DNA of 64,000 bases from Hypanus sabinus (lineage: Eukaryota), in assembly GCF_030144855.1 (NCBI RefSeq), contig NC_082731.1, positions 25,296,001-25,360,000 of the forward strand. Reading direction: 5' to 3'. How positions within the stretch are numbered: the first letter of the stretch is position 1; each line of letters begins with the position of its first letter. Shown here in pieces: positions 1 to 13,070 of the stretch. The notes beneath the pieces are model-generated. The model did not search any database. It saw only the letters and a program-made list of their open reading frames with translations, and had not been told where the DNA came from. The position numbers and the translations under genes are program-made.

Positions 1-3000
1 GATTCCAAGTCAATATCGAGACTTCTGGTATCTGCGTATCATGCATATTCTTCATTCACTTTGCAGTAAATTCGCCTGCATGATCAATTGATGTTTGGTC
101 ACGAATGAAATCAGGGATTATACGGAGGACACAAAGAAGCAGGAGCACCTTCATCACATTTCTTAACAGAACAAGTGTTGTGACGACAACAATTTTGACT
201 CTTCTATTTGCACCATAACGATTGCAAATAGAATTTTCGTGTTGAAGTAATGATTTGCATGCTGTTGTTTTTTTTTTAAGTCCAATTTACAGCTTTCATA
301 GTGCACGTCAGGATCCCTTTGGCGTTGCCAGAAAACATAAAGATAATTTGTGACAATGAAGTAACGAAGCCGAGTAACTGTACTCAAAACTCAGAAGTGA
401 CTGCGAGCTATCCACACCAGTCTTTATAATTTTACTTCTACTTTCAGTTTGAGCTCGTGTCATGAACTACCACAATACTGTCCCGCAGGCGCCAGAGGAG
501 ACAACTCGTCTTCCGTCTGGTCAATTTTCTACCTTTCAGAGGCAACGACTAATACGTATCTTTACCCAACTCACCTTGCTTTACTTTCCTTCTTGATCTT
601 TTCTTCGCTACTGGAACGGCATCTGTGGTGCGTGATGTGCTGCAGTGTATTTTGTGTTGATGGTTGACATGCTAAATGGACCGTGTGATAGTGAGCACCA
701 TAAGGCTGAATTTCGGAAATGAAAACTGCAGGTATAAATATAAACAACTCCAAATATATGAAGCCTAAATGCAGTGCGACGTTGTGGAAGATTGCGTATT
801 CTCAATTCCTCTCGCTATCAGTTTGAATTCACGAGTTCGCGACAACACATAAAACAACTTGCCAAAGCTTCATTCTATCCCTGGCCATCGGTTGACTCGA
901 TTATACTGCCTCCTATGTTAATGTATGATGTTTCTCTCTCTCTCTTAAGTACGAGTATAACGAAGGAGATACTTCTCTCTTTTACTTGGAACACGGAGAT
1001 CTCTCATGGTGTTTGGTATTGTGAGGTTTAGGAGATTATCATACATGTTTATGTGTTGGTATAGCCGTTTAATGCTACAGTTTATTTAGTTTCTTTGTTT
1101 TTTTTTTATTTAATGATTTATAAATGTTATGTGTGTTTGAAAGCCTATATCTATGAAGTACGTTAATCCTGCTTGCTTATCCGGTAATACAATATCTGCA
1201 AAGACATTATGAATGATCATATCAGTAAAGGGGTTATACATCCCGGCCTTAGCAATTCTTTCCCTTGCTAACAAGCAGATCACACTTCAGCATGTGTTTC
1301 GCATACTTAGCGCACCGTGCAGAGACCTGTAAAACAATAAACGCAGGTTGCGATGGTCATTTGAGCAACTGGTGCATATCAATGTTCTTGGCTATGTGAC
1401 ATTTGAGGTCATGAAGACATTTGCTGAAGAATATAGATTTTAACTGGCGTCTCCCGTATTCCAAAGTATCTGCTCTGAAGAATTCAATGACAAACCACTT
1501 CTGAAGAAAATTATCCAACAGCAAATATGATCATGAGATCATGATCACATATCAGATACTGAAGACGATAAACGTAGAAATAGGTTGGTCAGGAAATAAT
1601 TTACAAAAATCTAACTGTAAAACGCGATCAGGCTTTGTATCTCTAGTAAGATATGGTCTCTTTAATTATATTGCATTTTCAATCAAGATCAAGATGAATG
1701 ATGCTTCACACTCGACCCTCCCTGAGTAAGCAATCGGATGTAGTTATATTCCTTCACGATGCTGTAATTTTGTGCATTTTCTTTAGTTTCTTATGGCATT
1801 TTCTGCATTTAACATCATGGATTTGTTTATATTTTAATGTGTTTTGATATATTTTGAGTTAATAATCTGCTCCTATATTGCCATAAGGAACCACTGTGTA
1901 TCTGTGTAGAGGCCTCAAACTTTGCAACATGTGTTTGACGCATTCCTCTCGAAAATTAGACTGATCCGTTTGCCATTCGTTGAGAATATATCCTTACAAC
2001 ATTTATCACAGTGCTATGCATATTTTAAAATATATTATATTGCTCTTCGTACTTCTGGTTTAAATGGTTCGAGGTCACATTTTTTTCTTATATTTCACTT
2101 CAATTTCAAAATAATTATCATACCAAAATATTCTGCCAAAAGAATACATTATCAGAAGTGGAGCCAAACTGTAAATTGTTCTTTGGTGTGCATAATGCTG
2201 ATCGCTACTTAGCAGATTTTCTTAAGCCGATGCTTATTCTGTCTAAGGTTTTCCTTTTATCGTGCCATGATCTAATTTCTTTATTTGTTGATATCCGAGA
2301 TAAGTTTCTTACCTGTTTCATTTCCATCCATCAGTTCTATTGCATCCTGATGTTCTAGTTAATGTTCTACTCGTTCTACTGCACATTTGTATCTAATATT
2401 CTGCACTTAACCAGTACTAATCATTGTTCATATCTCCAAAAATATTCACACTATTTGAATTTATTGCTTCAGCAATACTGGTGAAGGTCTGAATGACTAT
2501 ATAGCGTCCATCTTCAGAAGTTATGTCAAATTTCAAAAAAAAATCGTTTTGTTATCTCGGATTTGATAACCTATTTTGTTTCATTCAGTTGTTTATTGAG
2601 CGTGTGTAAAGCTATACAAAATCATGGTTACTTTTGATATTCGCCATGCAAAAATAGCTGAAATATTTTAATTATGTTGCTGTTTTTTTAAGGTTGATAA
2701 TATTATTGCCGTGCAAGGTGTAATTTGTGTAGTTTACCATTTTTTTTATTTAATGTCCCTAAGTATTTCCGTAGTTAGCCTATTGTTGAGAATATCAACA
2801 TTTGCTATTTATTGCGACCAATGTTGATCGCCTGTTTTCACTGGGCATGCAGCGTCTCTTATGTTTGCTCATTTTCAATGTATTCTGTTAGTCTGGTATT
2901 AAATGTTGGCTTAATTTTGTCTGCAAGTCAGCTTCGTCATCAACATCCTGTACATTCTTTCCGTCTGTATTTTTTGAAGTTAACGTCTTCTGTGGAGCAA

Positions 3001-3639
3001 TTGTTGACGTACATGAACTTCGGTCACCTCTTAGGGCTTTGCAATGTCATTAATTTCTGTTATAGAATTGTTGCAGTCTTTAGATTGGTTTCATGCTCGA
3101 TCTTGTGCTAATTCATGTTTTTGATTGTTTAAACATTCCTTTAGAGAAGGAACATTAGGAAGGAAGATGGAAAATGTTGAAGAATCGTTTCACAGCTACA
3201 CCCAGACAGCAATACGTCGACAGGAAAACCAGAATGCAGCTCATCGACGACGGAAAGATATTGCATTTTTGGGGATCAACGGGGCATAGGCTTAGTAGGC
3301 ATTAAGATCTGTTTTGTCAACAATTCCCATGGGAAGAACTAGATAGTAAATTCCATTTGCAATGTGTTCTCCTCTACTTTCTTAAAAGTGTCCGTAAGTT
3401 CGGATGTAAACTAAAATTAGACAAATTTCAAATGCAGCACAAAGTAAAGGATCCTATATGACTGTGTCACGGCCTATTAAAATAAAGTTGCAGCAAATGT
3501 CCAGGTAAAAAAAATGCAGAAAGTGATAGATACAGCCCGATCTTTCACAGGCAGATATCCCCCTCTCGTATGCTATATGGAACGTTTCCATCAAAAAACA
3601 GTATACATAATCAAACACCCATTCTACACAAATCATGAT

Positions 3640-3810
3640 TTCTTTTATTTTTTTGTCTCTCTCTCTGTTACTTTGTACGAAGTTCAGTCTAGTTTTTGTG
3701 AAGTGTCACGTAACACCATGATACTGAAAAACGATGTCTGATTTTTACATAGCAGTTATGGTCGAAGTGGCAATAAAAGTGATTTGACTTAACTTGACTT
3801 GACTTGACTT
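3640..3810 (+). mobile_element. 5'-truncated LINE 3' end with (CTTGA)n tail, present only in copy 1 of the old duplication
   Basis: AATAAA followed by a CTTGA-repeat tail at 3784-3810; absent at the paralogous site (~33170). Confidence 0.6.
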
Positions 3811-4843
3811 CTCCAGTTTTGCTATCACAATGAATTCGGAAGCATAATTTCCACACGGCCCGATTCAGAAAACAGATGTTCTCCTAAAATAATCTGGTTC
3901 CTGATTCGTCGAGGATGAAAACACAGTCCTGAATTCCGAACTGATTCTGCAAACCTCAGACTGGCGTTCAAGTACTATTATTCGTCTTGTGATTTTTTTT
4001 ATTAAATGTGTACAATGTCTTCTTTTTTTACGAAGTTTATTTGTCATTAAGTGTTTATTTATCTTATCAGAACGTTCTTTTGTATGTATGTAATTACCCG
4101 TAAATGCATTAAAAAGTAACTCAAGTTAGTACAAAGTAATATTCATACTCTGATCATATTTACATTGAGGGCAGGGATGCTTAAATATTCCCTGTTAAGT
4201 ATAGTGGCAAAGTTCCATAGCATTATATGCGTTCATGAAATCAAATCAAACATTATAATCAAATCAATATTAATAATCAAAATCTGGAAGAGAGAAAATC
4301 TATTTGCCGACAAGTTATAAAACATTCACAACATTTCAAAATAACAATATATACATGTCCCAAAACAAGAATCACTCCAGGGGTCAAGGCCCAGCCGAAC
4401 TGGGACAGCATAGTGTGGTTTTTCCGCAACTCTCACCAGGTCTGCAGCAACAGGCCAGCCTGAGGGTACACAGCTCCCATGTCGACTGTCCCTACACGAA
4501 ACAAGGGTAGCAGGTGTGCTGTAAAAATATTATCAATTATCGGCATGGACTTGCGAACCCAACCGACAAATGTTACATAATCTCCCATGGCGATATGCAC
4601 GAACGTCAATGCGTCCGTGAAGCTGGAACCAACAGGTTCTGCAGCCGGGTCATCTGCTCATTACGTAAACTGGCGTCTGAACGCCGTTCGATCATTGGAT
4701 CGGCTCCGCCTCTGATAGCAGTCCAAATACTTCCATAAACGAACAGCTCACTGAGGAAGCAGCTCCGCAAAACCGATATGCTTTCAATAGGATTTTCGTC
4801 TGATTGTAATGAACGTTTTATTTTTACAGAGAAGGATCCATTG

Positions 4844-5108
4844 CACTGAGCGTCATAGGAAGTCATCTCTACCTGTAGCCATCAAACTTTACAACTCCTC
4901 CCTGGGGGTGTCAGACATCCTGTGCTAAGAGGCTGGTCCTGGATTTATTTCCACTTGGCATGATTAACTTATTATTTCATTATTAATGGTTTTATATTGC
5001 TATATTTCTTCACTCTTCTTGGTTGGTGGGGGTGTAACGAAACCCAATTTCCCTCGGGATCAATAAAGTATGTCTGAATGTCTGTCTGTCTGTCTGTCTG
5101 TCTGTCCT
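4844..5108 (+). mobile_element. 5'-truncated LINE 3' end with (TGTC)n tail, copy-1-specific insertion
   Basis: AATAAA at ~5062 then a (TGTC)n tail; empty site GGATCCATTGGATGGTCC at ~34195 in the paralog; TTG-like duplication at the ends. Confidence 0.7.
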
Positions 5109-6993
5109 TTGGATGGTCCCTGAGAAGCCGCTATAATTGCACGTGCCATTTTGTTTAAAAAGTCACAACGTGGAGTCGAACTGCTAAAGAGAAGGACGAA
5201 AGAATGGTAGCAGAAAGCAACGTGCTAGTAGGGGAAGGGGACGATGAATAGTTCATAAATATACAACTTTCGGCACTACTTATAGATGAAGCAATGGTGG
5301 ATCATGATGAAATCAGTGCGAAGAATATGCTCAGCTATTTTAAGAAAAATTAAAACTTGACAGAGTCGGTTATATAACCTGAAGGAAGGTAACATTACAG
5401 CAAATGATGGAACAATTTCCAAGCATTTCAGAGAATAATGGCGTATGGCAGTTTGGACACAGACCATCAATTTTCTGTACAGACACTGTCTATAAAAAGC
5501 CTTCTCCACTCTGGAGGTCTTCATGTTTTATTGCTGTACAACGTTGAACCACAGTCCGTTTAATTCTACTTTTTGGAAACTCGTCAACAGAAATTGACTT
5601 TTTCGTATCAACGTGGAAACAGATCTCTACAAAATTAACTAAATTTAATTCCAATATAAAGGTGTTCATGGCATATATGACACATGAAATAATCACAGTT
5701 GCAGCCAATTGATTTTAGAAATCACACAATTATTTAATGGACATCTGTGTTTGAATTGTCGGTTGCGAAATAAATTTGCATCTGAAAGGAACAGCTGCTG
5801 GTGAGTCATTCACCTGGCAAAGACTACACCAGGAAGATAAAGACGCATTCCAAACAACTCAGCAGAATGAATGTTAAAAATAACAAAATCTCAGATGGAT
5901 ACAAGAATATTTTCAAGTCACTAAGCATCACTTGTAGTTACTGTATGTCAATCAACAAAAATGGAAAGGATACGTCATCGCTGTAACTCTTTATTAGTGA
6001 AAGCCGCTCTCAAAAATGAGCGACCGTGCAGCATCTCTATTGATAGGCTCAAGATGGAATCTCATAAAGTACAGTCAGTTACAGAATTGCAACAAACGAG
6101 AATAACGCTTGGAAGTCTGAAACTGAAAGCTCGGTCAGCGCACACATATATGTAAGTCTGAGTATCGTTGGGAAGATACATACATTAGAGCTGGTATTCT
6201 TGGCATAGTAAAGCATTCACTGTAGATTAACCCAGCAAGTGAAAACACGAATCCACGGCACGGGTGTTTCTGCTATCTTGATCCTAAGAGGATTAGGTTA
6301 GTACAGTTCACATGTTTCAGGTGCTCACTGCTCACTATACTTCGATGATGCCGTCTTTTAATGCTTTCAGTAAATGGCTATCAGGAAAGAATGATTCCCT
6401 TTCCAATTAATTACTCTAGATTGGACCTTGTTCTGCAGCTGGAAATGGGATCCGCATTCGATGAACTGTTAATTTTGAGCACTTTGAATCACGAAGAGCT
6501 TGGGAATGCTCAGCATCTCAGACATCAAATACTTCTGCGGTTTGGTCGAGTCGGAAGATAAATAGCTTGTATATATTCGGCGGTATAATATCTGCCAAAT
6601 TGATTTTAATTGAACTTTTTCAGGAATTATTCACGACGTTAAGAGGAGTTGCTGAAACAAAAAAAAATATTGTACCAACTGTTTGGGGCACGTTAACAAG
6701 CTTTCTGTGTTGGAAGGAACAGGTCATAACTTTTTTTGTATATCCTGGCATAATTTGGCAACGGATGATGATAGCTGCTGATCAGGTTGGTTTGTAATTT
6801 GTCTTTGTACCGGCGAGAGCAAGAGTCGAATCACTGTGTACAGAAAAATAGTCTGCTTATTAAATGAGGTTTTGTCACAGCTGTTAAGTATATTAACACC
6901 TCAGTATCTCAAGATGTACATGGAAATATTCCAAAATCATTTCATTTTCCTTTCCTTCAGTATGAGTGAGAAGTTATTTCAAATTTTGCACAG

Positions 6994-7310
6994 GATAAAT
7001 ATGCAGAGCATGTCATGTTTGATTCAGAGTCCAAATGACAGAAGCTGAAACGTACACCGTGAGTTGAAAGGTTGACAATCAGGAAGGGAAAATCTACTGG
7101 TATTACCACCAAGTCCCTCACCCTAAAAATGTGCAAATAAGGTTTGATCTTCGAGCTGGTGTACCGTTTTTAGGGTATCAAGAATAACGGTGATTCATTC
7201 ACAAAAATGGACTGACTATTTGAGTTTTCCGCGGCCGTTCGGTTGGCATTAGTCAGAGACAGGGATGACTCTGATTTACCTGCTGCAAACAGATTGATTA
7301 TCGCTATGAG
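6994..7310 (+). pseudogene. Possible heavily decayed TCR-like V relic
   Basis: Acceptor TTTTGCACAG; frameshifted motifs LIQSP, TVS*KVDNQEGKIYWYYHQVP (stop at the Cys position, C-x10-W spacing) and a DDS..Y..C-like 3' end; no clear RSS. Confidence 0.3.
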
Positions 7311-7996
7311 CGGGTGCTTCTGTCTACGAATTATTCAACGTCACTGTGCGACACAAGACTTACAAGCAAGCAACTTATCAATCACAGAATACTCAGAATG
7401 TCGGACATGAGGGATCTTGGGTTTTGAAACAATGCAACGTGGAAAAACTGCTGAAAATGGAAAAAAGCAACTGACAATTGACAGTTTGTAGGAAACGTAG
7501 AAACGAAGAAATAGTATGGAGCACAAGCTGAAAATCAATAAAATAATAAAAGCCCACAGGTTCTTATTCATTTGCCACAGTTTACTCTCTGTAGGAATTA
7601 AATAGAGAACAATATGTTTTATGGATTGTTCCTTCATTGAAGAGAAATATACTGTTAAATTCTTCTACATCGTCGGATTTCACAGCAATCATGAAAGAAA
7701 AAAAAATACAGAATACATCATGTAATCCTGCCGTTATATTGTGTCCCACTTCTCAAGTTATTCGATACTTATTCTGCACTTTATTAAAATATTCCTGTGG
7801 ACAAACATACTTTTACCAATTTCCCCTGATTCAACAATCCTTTCCTCTTTGGGAATCTGCCAGTGTTTTCTTCATGCAGGAACACGCCGGAATGACCTCC
7901 AAGCATTATCAAGAATATTTGCCAATTTCAAATAAATGAACCCTGGAAAAAGCGCAGTCTACTGCTTTGGGAAGTACTTTCTGGACTATAGACCAC

Positions 7997-9552
7997 ACCA
8001 GTTCCCCAACACCACCACACTCCTCAGGTTGACGGAACTGGTACTCACACGTAATACCTTCTCTTTCGGCTCTTTCCACTTCTTCCAGACCAAGGGTATA
8101 GCTATGGGCCCTCGCATGGGCCCTAGCTATGCCAGCCTCTCCGCGGGTTATGTGGAACAGTCTATGCTCCAAATCTATACTGGTACTGCTCTCCAACTTT
8201 TCCTTCTATACATTGATACATTCGGCAATTTAATTGATTTTGCCTCTAACTTTCACCCAGCCCTCAAATTCACTTGGTCCATCTCGGACAGCTCTCTCCC
8301 CTTTCTCGATATCTCTGTCTCGATCTCTGGAGATAGACTGTCCATTGACAACTTCTATAAACCTACTAACTCCCATAATTATGTTGATTATACCTCTTTC
8401 CACCCTGCCAAATGCAAAAATTCTATTCTCTATTCCCAGTTCCTTCGTCTCCGCCGCATCTGCCCCAAGGATGAGGCTTTCCGTTCCAGAACATCCCAAA
8501 TGTCCTTTTACTTTAAGAATCGTGGTTTCCCTTCTGCCGTCATCAGTGATGCCCTCACCAGCATCTGCTCCATTTCCCGCACTTTCGCCCTCCACCCCAA
8601 ACTCTATTCACCACAACAGGGACTGTATCCCTCTTGCCCTCACCTATCCTCTGCAACTTCCGCCAACTTCAACAGGACACCACCACCAAGGACATCTTTT
8701 CCTCTCTACCCCTCTCTACTTTTCGCAGGGATCGTTCCCTACGCTATGCCAGGTCCACTCGTCCCTCCCCACAGATCTCCCACCTGGCATTTATAACTGC
8801 AAGCGTATGTGCTTCACCTGTCCCTACACCTCATCATTTACCACCATTCAGGGCCCCAAACAGACCTTCCAGGTGAGGCAACACTTCACTTGTGAGTCTG
8901 TTGGGGTAATCTATTGCATCCGGTGCGCCCGCTGCGGCCTCCGCTACATCGGCGAAACCCGACGCAGACTGGGGGACCGGTTCGTCGAGCACCTACAACA
9001 GACAGGATGTCCCGGTTGCCACTAACTTAAATTCTCCTTCACATTCCCAATCGGGTATGTCCGTACATGGCCTCCAATACTGCCTTGATGAGGCCAAACT
9101 TCGGCGGGAGGAAGAACATCTCTTATACCGTCTGGTTAGTCTCCAGCTCTTTGGTATGAACAGCGAATTCTCCAACTTCCGGTAGTACTCTCCCTCTCCC
9201 TCCCCCCATCCCACCTTCACTATGTCTCCTCTTCTAGCTGCCTATTACTTCTTATCACACTGCCTTCTTCTGCGACCAATAGTGTTTTCCCCTTAGATTT
9301 CTTCTTCACCTCTCCTGCCTATCCCCTACATGGTTCCCCTCCCCCACCACTTGATCTTTTCTCTGATTGGTTTTCCACCCTCCCCCACCTTCTTTATATG
9401 GTCCCTGCCCCCTCCCTCTTTAGTTCTGACGTTGGGTCTCGACCCGAAACGTTGACTGCTCCTTTCAACGGATGCTGCCCGACCTGCTGCGTTCATCCAG
9501 CTTGTTTTTGTACGTCTTGATTTGCACAGCATCTGCAGTGCACTTTGTGTTT
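7997..9552 (+). mobile_element. Penelope-like retroelement fragment (RT + GIY-YIG endonuclease) with 3' tail
   Basis: ORF 7936-8796 RT-like (QTKGIAMGPRMGPSYA..YID); ORF 8234-9025 GIY-YIG motif (VIYCIRCARCGLRYIGETRRRLGDRFVEH); frameshifted. Confidence 0.85.
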
Positions 9553-10009
9553 ACTTCTTCTGTTGTCGTGTACGCGCTGATAAGCAGTAAAATAATGGTA
9601 AATTGCCCTTTAATATTATCCGGTTACTGTTCCGTTGGTGTCTGACAATCGGCCTCTGCAGCCCTTTTATGATTGTGATATCGTCAACGTCAGCTTAGAA
9701 TACACAAAGTATACTCGTACTGAAAGTTGTGTTTTTGTTTTTTACAGCGGTATAGGAAATACCGTCTCGAGAGAACTATCTATGTCAGTTAAAATTTCAA
9801 AGTTGAGTCTAAACATTATTAACAAAGTACATACATACCCAGGAAATCTACAGCATACCACCACTCACAGAGTCAATGAAAGAAAATCTAGAATTCAGAT
9901 GACAAAATGCAGAAACGAAAATATGGAAATACTAATAAATAAGGAAAGCATGAGATAACAAGTTTAAAGGTCTTTAAAGACAGTAATTGTTTTTTGCTGC
10001 CCCTCAATA

Positions 10010-10245
10010 AATGGGCAGGCAATTGTCTGTCATCCCCTCTGTTGAAGAGCCTGATGCCTGTGAGTTAGTAACTGTACTTGAACATGGCGGTGTAAATCCT
10101 GAGGCTGACATCTTCGACCTGATGTCACAGGCGACAACAGCGTTTGGTGTCGCTAGTGGGTATGGTTTCCAATTACAACGACTCATGTCGATGTACACAA
10201 TTCTTGGAAGAGCTTTACCCATGATGTACTGGCCCGAATCCATTA
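10010..10245 (-). mobile_element. LINE 3' fragment (L2/Rex-like)
   Basis: Minus-strand IMGKALPRIVYIDMSRC resembles the C-terminal RT tail of fish LINEs; a related fragment lies at ~3510-3620 (+). Confidence 0.5.
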
Positions 10246-12378
10246 CCTTTGAATCCTGACGAAGTGTATCGGCCCGACACATCGACCGTGCTTCTCCTTA
10301 TAGATGCTGCCTGGCCTATTCTGTTCCACCAGCATTGTGTGTGTGTTGTTCCAATACCTTTTGTAGGATTTTCCATTCAATGGTCTTGCTGTTTACATAT
10401 TAGGCCGTGATGCGGTGTATCTACACACGTTCCACTCTACATCTGTAGTAGAGATAATGTAAGCAATTCTGTAAGGCGGTTGTCCTATTCGATCATAATG
10501 ACAAAAACTTCAATAGCCGGTTAACGATCTCTGCACACAACTCGGTGACAATGGTGTATACAATGCTGCAATTACTTCGTTCATATAACGTGATACAGAA
10601 CAGGAAGAGATCGGTACAAAGATCTCTGTGCGACGGATTGCAGACACAAATCGTTTCAAAACACGAGGACAGCATCATTGGACAATAATCGTTAAATTTT
10701 AACACAAATAATGTGAGTAAAAGGAAGCTAGCGAGCAAGCCAATTAGAGTGGGAGAGTTCTGGCATCACAGTCGATATCCTGTTGAAGATTCCCATGGTC
10801 ATTTTGTACGTGCCGCCACTAGCCTCTGAGAGAAGTCTGCTCATGTGTGACTTCATGTCGTAATCTTCTCGCTTCCAAATGTGTCTTTCACAAAACCAGT
10901 CCATCGCAATGTTTCCGAAAGCCGGACATTTAAAGATCAGCGCACGTCCGTGAGCTCACTAAAGCTCCATTGGCCACCAGGCAATAATTTGCACTAATAT
11001 GACACTAGCTATGTTTTACTCCCCCCAAAATCCATAAACCTGCTACCTGATACTAAGGCTCCATTACTTTCAAATGACTGAATAAAACGTGACCCTTTAC
11101 AAATGATGCAGAAGAGCGATTACACAGGGAAAACCCATTCGTAAAACGACGTTATGTATTATTTTGGAGTGCAGAGATGAAAGGGTTCAAGCTCTGAATT
11201 TCATGGCCTGAGGAGCTGGTTGCTGCTGGATTCACAAAGTACTCAATACAACTAATAAGCATAAAGGGTTTTTTTTTCCACCTAGTGGATACCAACATGT
11301 CGGCACGAATCGTCCACTCTTCCGCGATGGATCATGGAAGCAGAATGTGTGAACAGGAAAACACATTCAATCTGCTTCGAAAAATCTGTCGTGTTCATAC
11401 ATAGAGATATAAGATCGCCATTTATTCTGTCCATTTGTTTACATTCATTCCGTTTGGAAATGAGTTCACACTACGGATTTCTGACTGACGAAGTAACCGA
11501 ATTTATTTTCTGTTTTGTGTACGTCAAGAGTCTAGAATCTGTAGAAACGTCTTCTTTGAAACTCAGGTAAATAGTACTTGCAATACTTTCAATACAATGT
11601 TAAAAAAACCCTGAAATGTAACGGGTGAACATTACCTAGGAAATGGTAATGGAGAATTAAGATGTGGTTCAGATGACTCTAATGCCGAGAGAAGCGGATT
11701 CAAGGAACTTAGTGCTTGTGTTCTTTCCAGCATTTATAATGCATAATTTTGCCGTAATCTTCCACTCTTAGTCTGCAACTATCTGGACCAGGCGCACTTA
11801 AAACGTTTTTGTGATATGCAGGAACAACATTAATCAAGGCGTCTTCGTAACCCCGATTGGGAAATCCTCAATCGAGATGGATTCCAGAGTCCATGTTTTT
11901 ATCACACTAAACCACCATCTCTAGCAGTACATTCGAGGCATAGGAGGTAATTGGCGACAACGTCGATTTTGAACGATTTTTTCTAATTTAGTGGTTTGAT
12001 TTGCAACTCGACATCCAGCGCCTCCATTACCAACACCTCATCATCATGCGATCTATTGCATCCGTGTAGTGTGCTAGCCCCAAGAATCGAGGTACAAAAC
12101 CACAGTTCAACCAAGGTCGACCAATTGCGATGGTTCTCCGTATGAGATAATCACTTGTATCAATGTTTCAAGTTTATTCAGAAACTGTAACGTGATAACA
12201 TAGTTTACTTGCAGGTTGAATCTGTTTCTACGGTCCTGGTTGTTGTTTGTTTTCTTCTTCAGAAATTTGATTCACTCTTTAGTTTCCCTGCATGTTGTGG
12301 CAATAGGAAAACAAGCGAGTTTCTTGCATGTGCTACTCATATATCCCCGCGTCGGCAGGAACCGAACATACTATGCCA

Positions 12379-12664
12379 CAACTACTCATATGATATCGAG
12401 GTTGCTTCTATGCCGATGGCATGACATAGGTTTTTATATTTCAGCAGACGAAGGAATCTGAGAGGAGATGGCAGTGAATCATACGAGTAAGGCGACGTGC
12501 CGGGTCACCAGACCGTGGCGATGAGCAAGTGAGTAGAAGAGAAGGTGTAAGACGGGAGTCAGATTGCTGAATGCAATAATGAGAGAAATAGTAGAATGAA
12601 GAAATATAAAAACCTATGTCACGCCATCGGCATAGAAGCAACCTCGACATCATATGAGTCGTTG
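12379..12664. mobile_element. MITE-like 286 bp element with 64 bp near-perfect terminal inverted repeats
   Basis: 12379-12442 CAACTACTCATATGATATCGAGGTTGCTTCTATGCCGATGGCATGACATAGGTTTTTATATTTC is the reverse complement of 12601-12664 with 3 mismatches; no clear TSD. Confidence 0.65.
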
Positions 12665-12949
12665 CTGCTACAGACTGGGAGTGGCGTGACCTTGATCACA
12701 GAGATGCTAAGAACTGGATACAGTGTGATTTTTTAAATTGTCTGATAACTGCTCTTCCGCGATTACTCTGTCTCTATTCCTGGAAAATTATCCTTCACAG
12801 ACGTCTTTCGTAAACTTATGGACTGGCAGCTATATTCACTGCACATATCCCACGCCGTGGCTGATAAAAATGACACTCTCTTTACTGAGGTCATTGGCAT
12901 TTTAACTACAAATGACGACTACCATTGCATAACAGCACACCTGTTCTGT

Positions 12950-13070
12950 TCCTCACGGAACTGGGAGATCGCAGATGATGCGAAGATTCTCAGTGAAGCT
13001 GTGTCCCAATCTACGTCGGGACTCACCGACATGCCGGAGGCTACAGCAGGAGATTACGAACTGTACAGAT
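12950..13070 (-). mobile_element. Penelope-like GIY-YIG fragment
   Basis: Reverse complement resembles the 8890-8980 GIY-YIG segment. Confidence 0.55.

Larger units (their letters stand above)
1..6020 (+). repeat. Old segmental duplication, copy 1 (paralogous to 29561-35105); starts before the window
   Basis: Colinear diverged similarity, e.g. 1 GATTCCAAGTCAATATCGAGACTTCTGGTATCTG vs 29561 AATTCTAGGTCAATATCGAAACTTCTGGTATCTG, continuing to ~6020 vs ~35105 across several unrelated repeat fragments. Confidence 0.9.

Noticed and set aside
1900-2700. L1 endonuclease reading (EDGRYIVI) on the minus strand
   Set aside because: Neighbouring motifs and spacing do not match an L1 endonuclease in either copy, so the region is left unassigned.
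6255-6560. Leader-like VSAILILRGL|GT, GAHC and ISDIKYFC motifs
   Set aside because: The implied intron is only 24 nt, there is no ATG, and the motifs do not form a colinear V domain.
10011-10259. 82 aa plus-strand ORF
   Set aside because: It is the antisense of a LINE 3' fragment.
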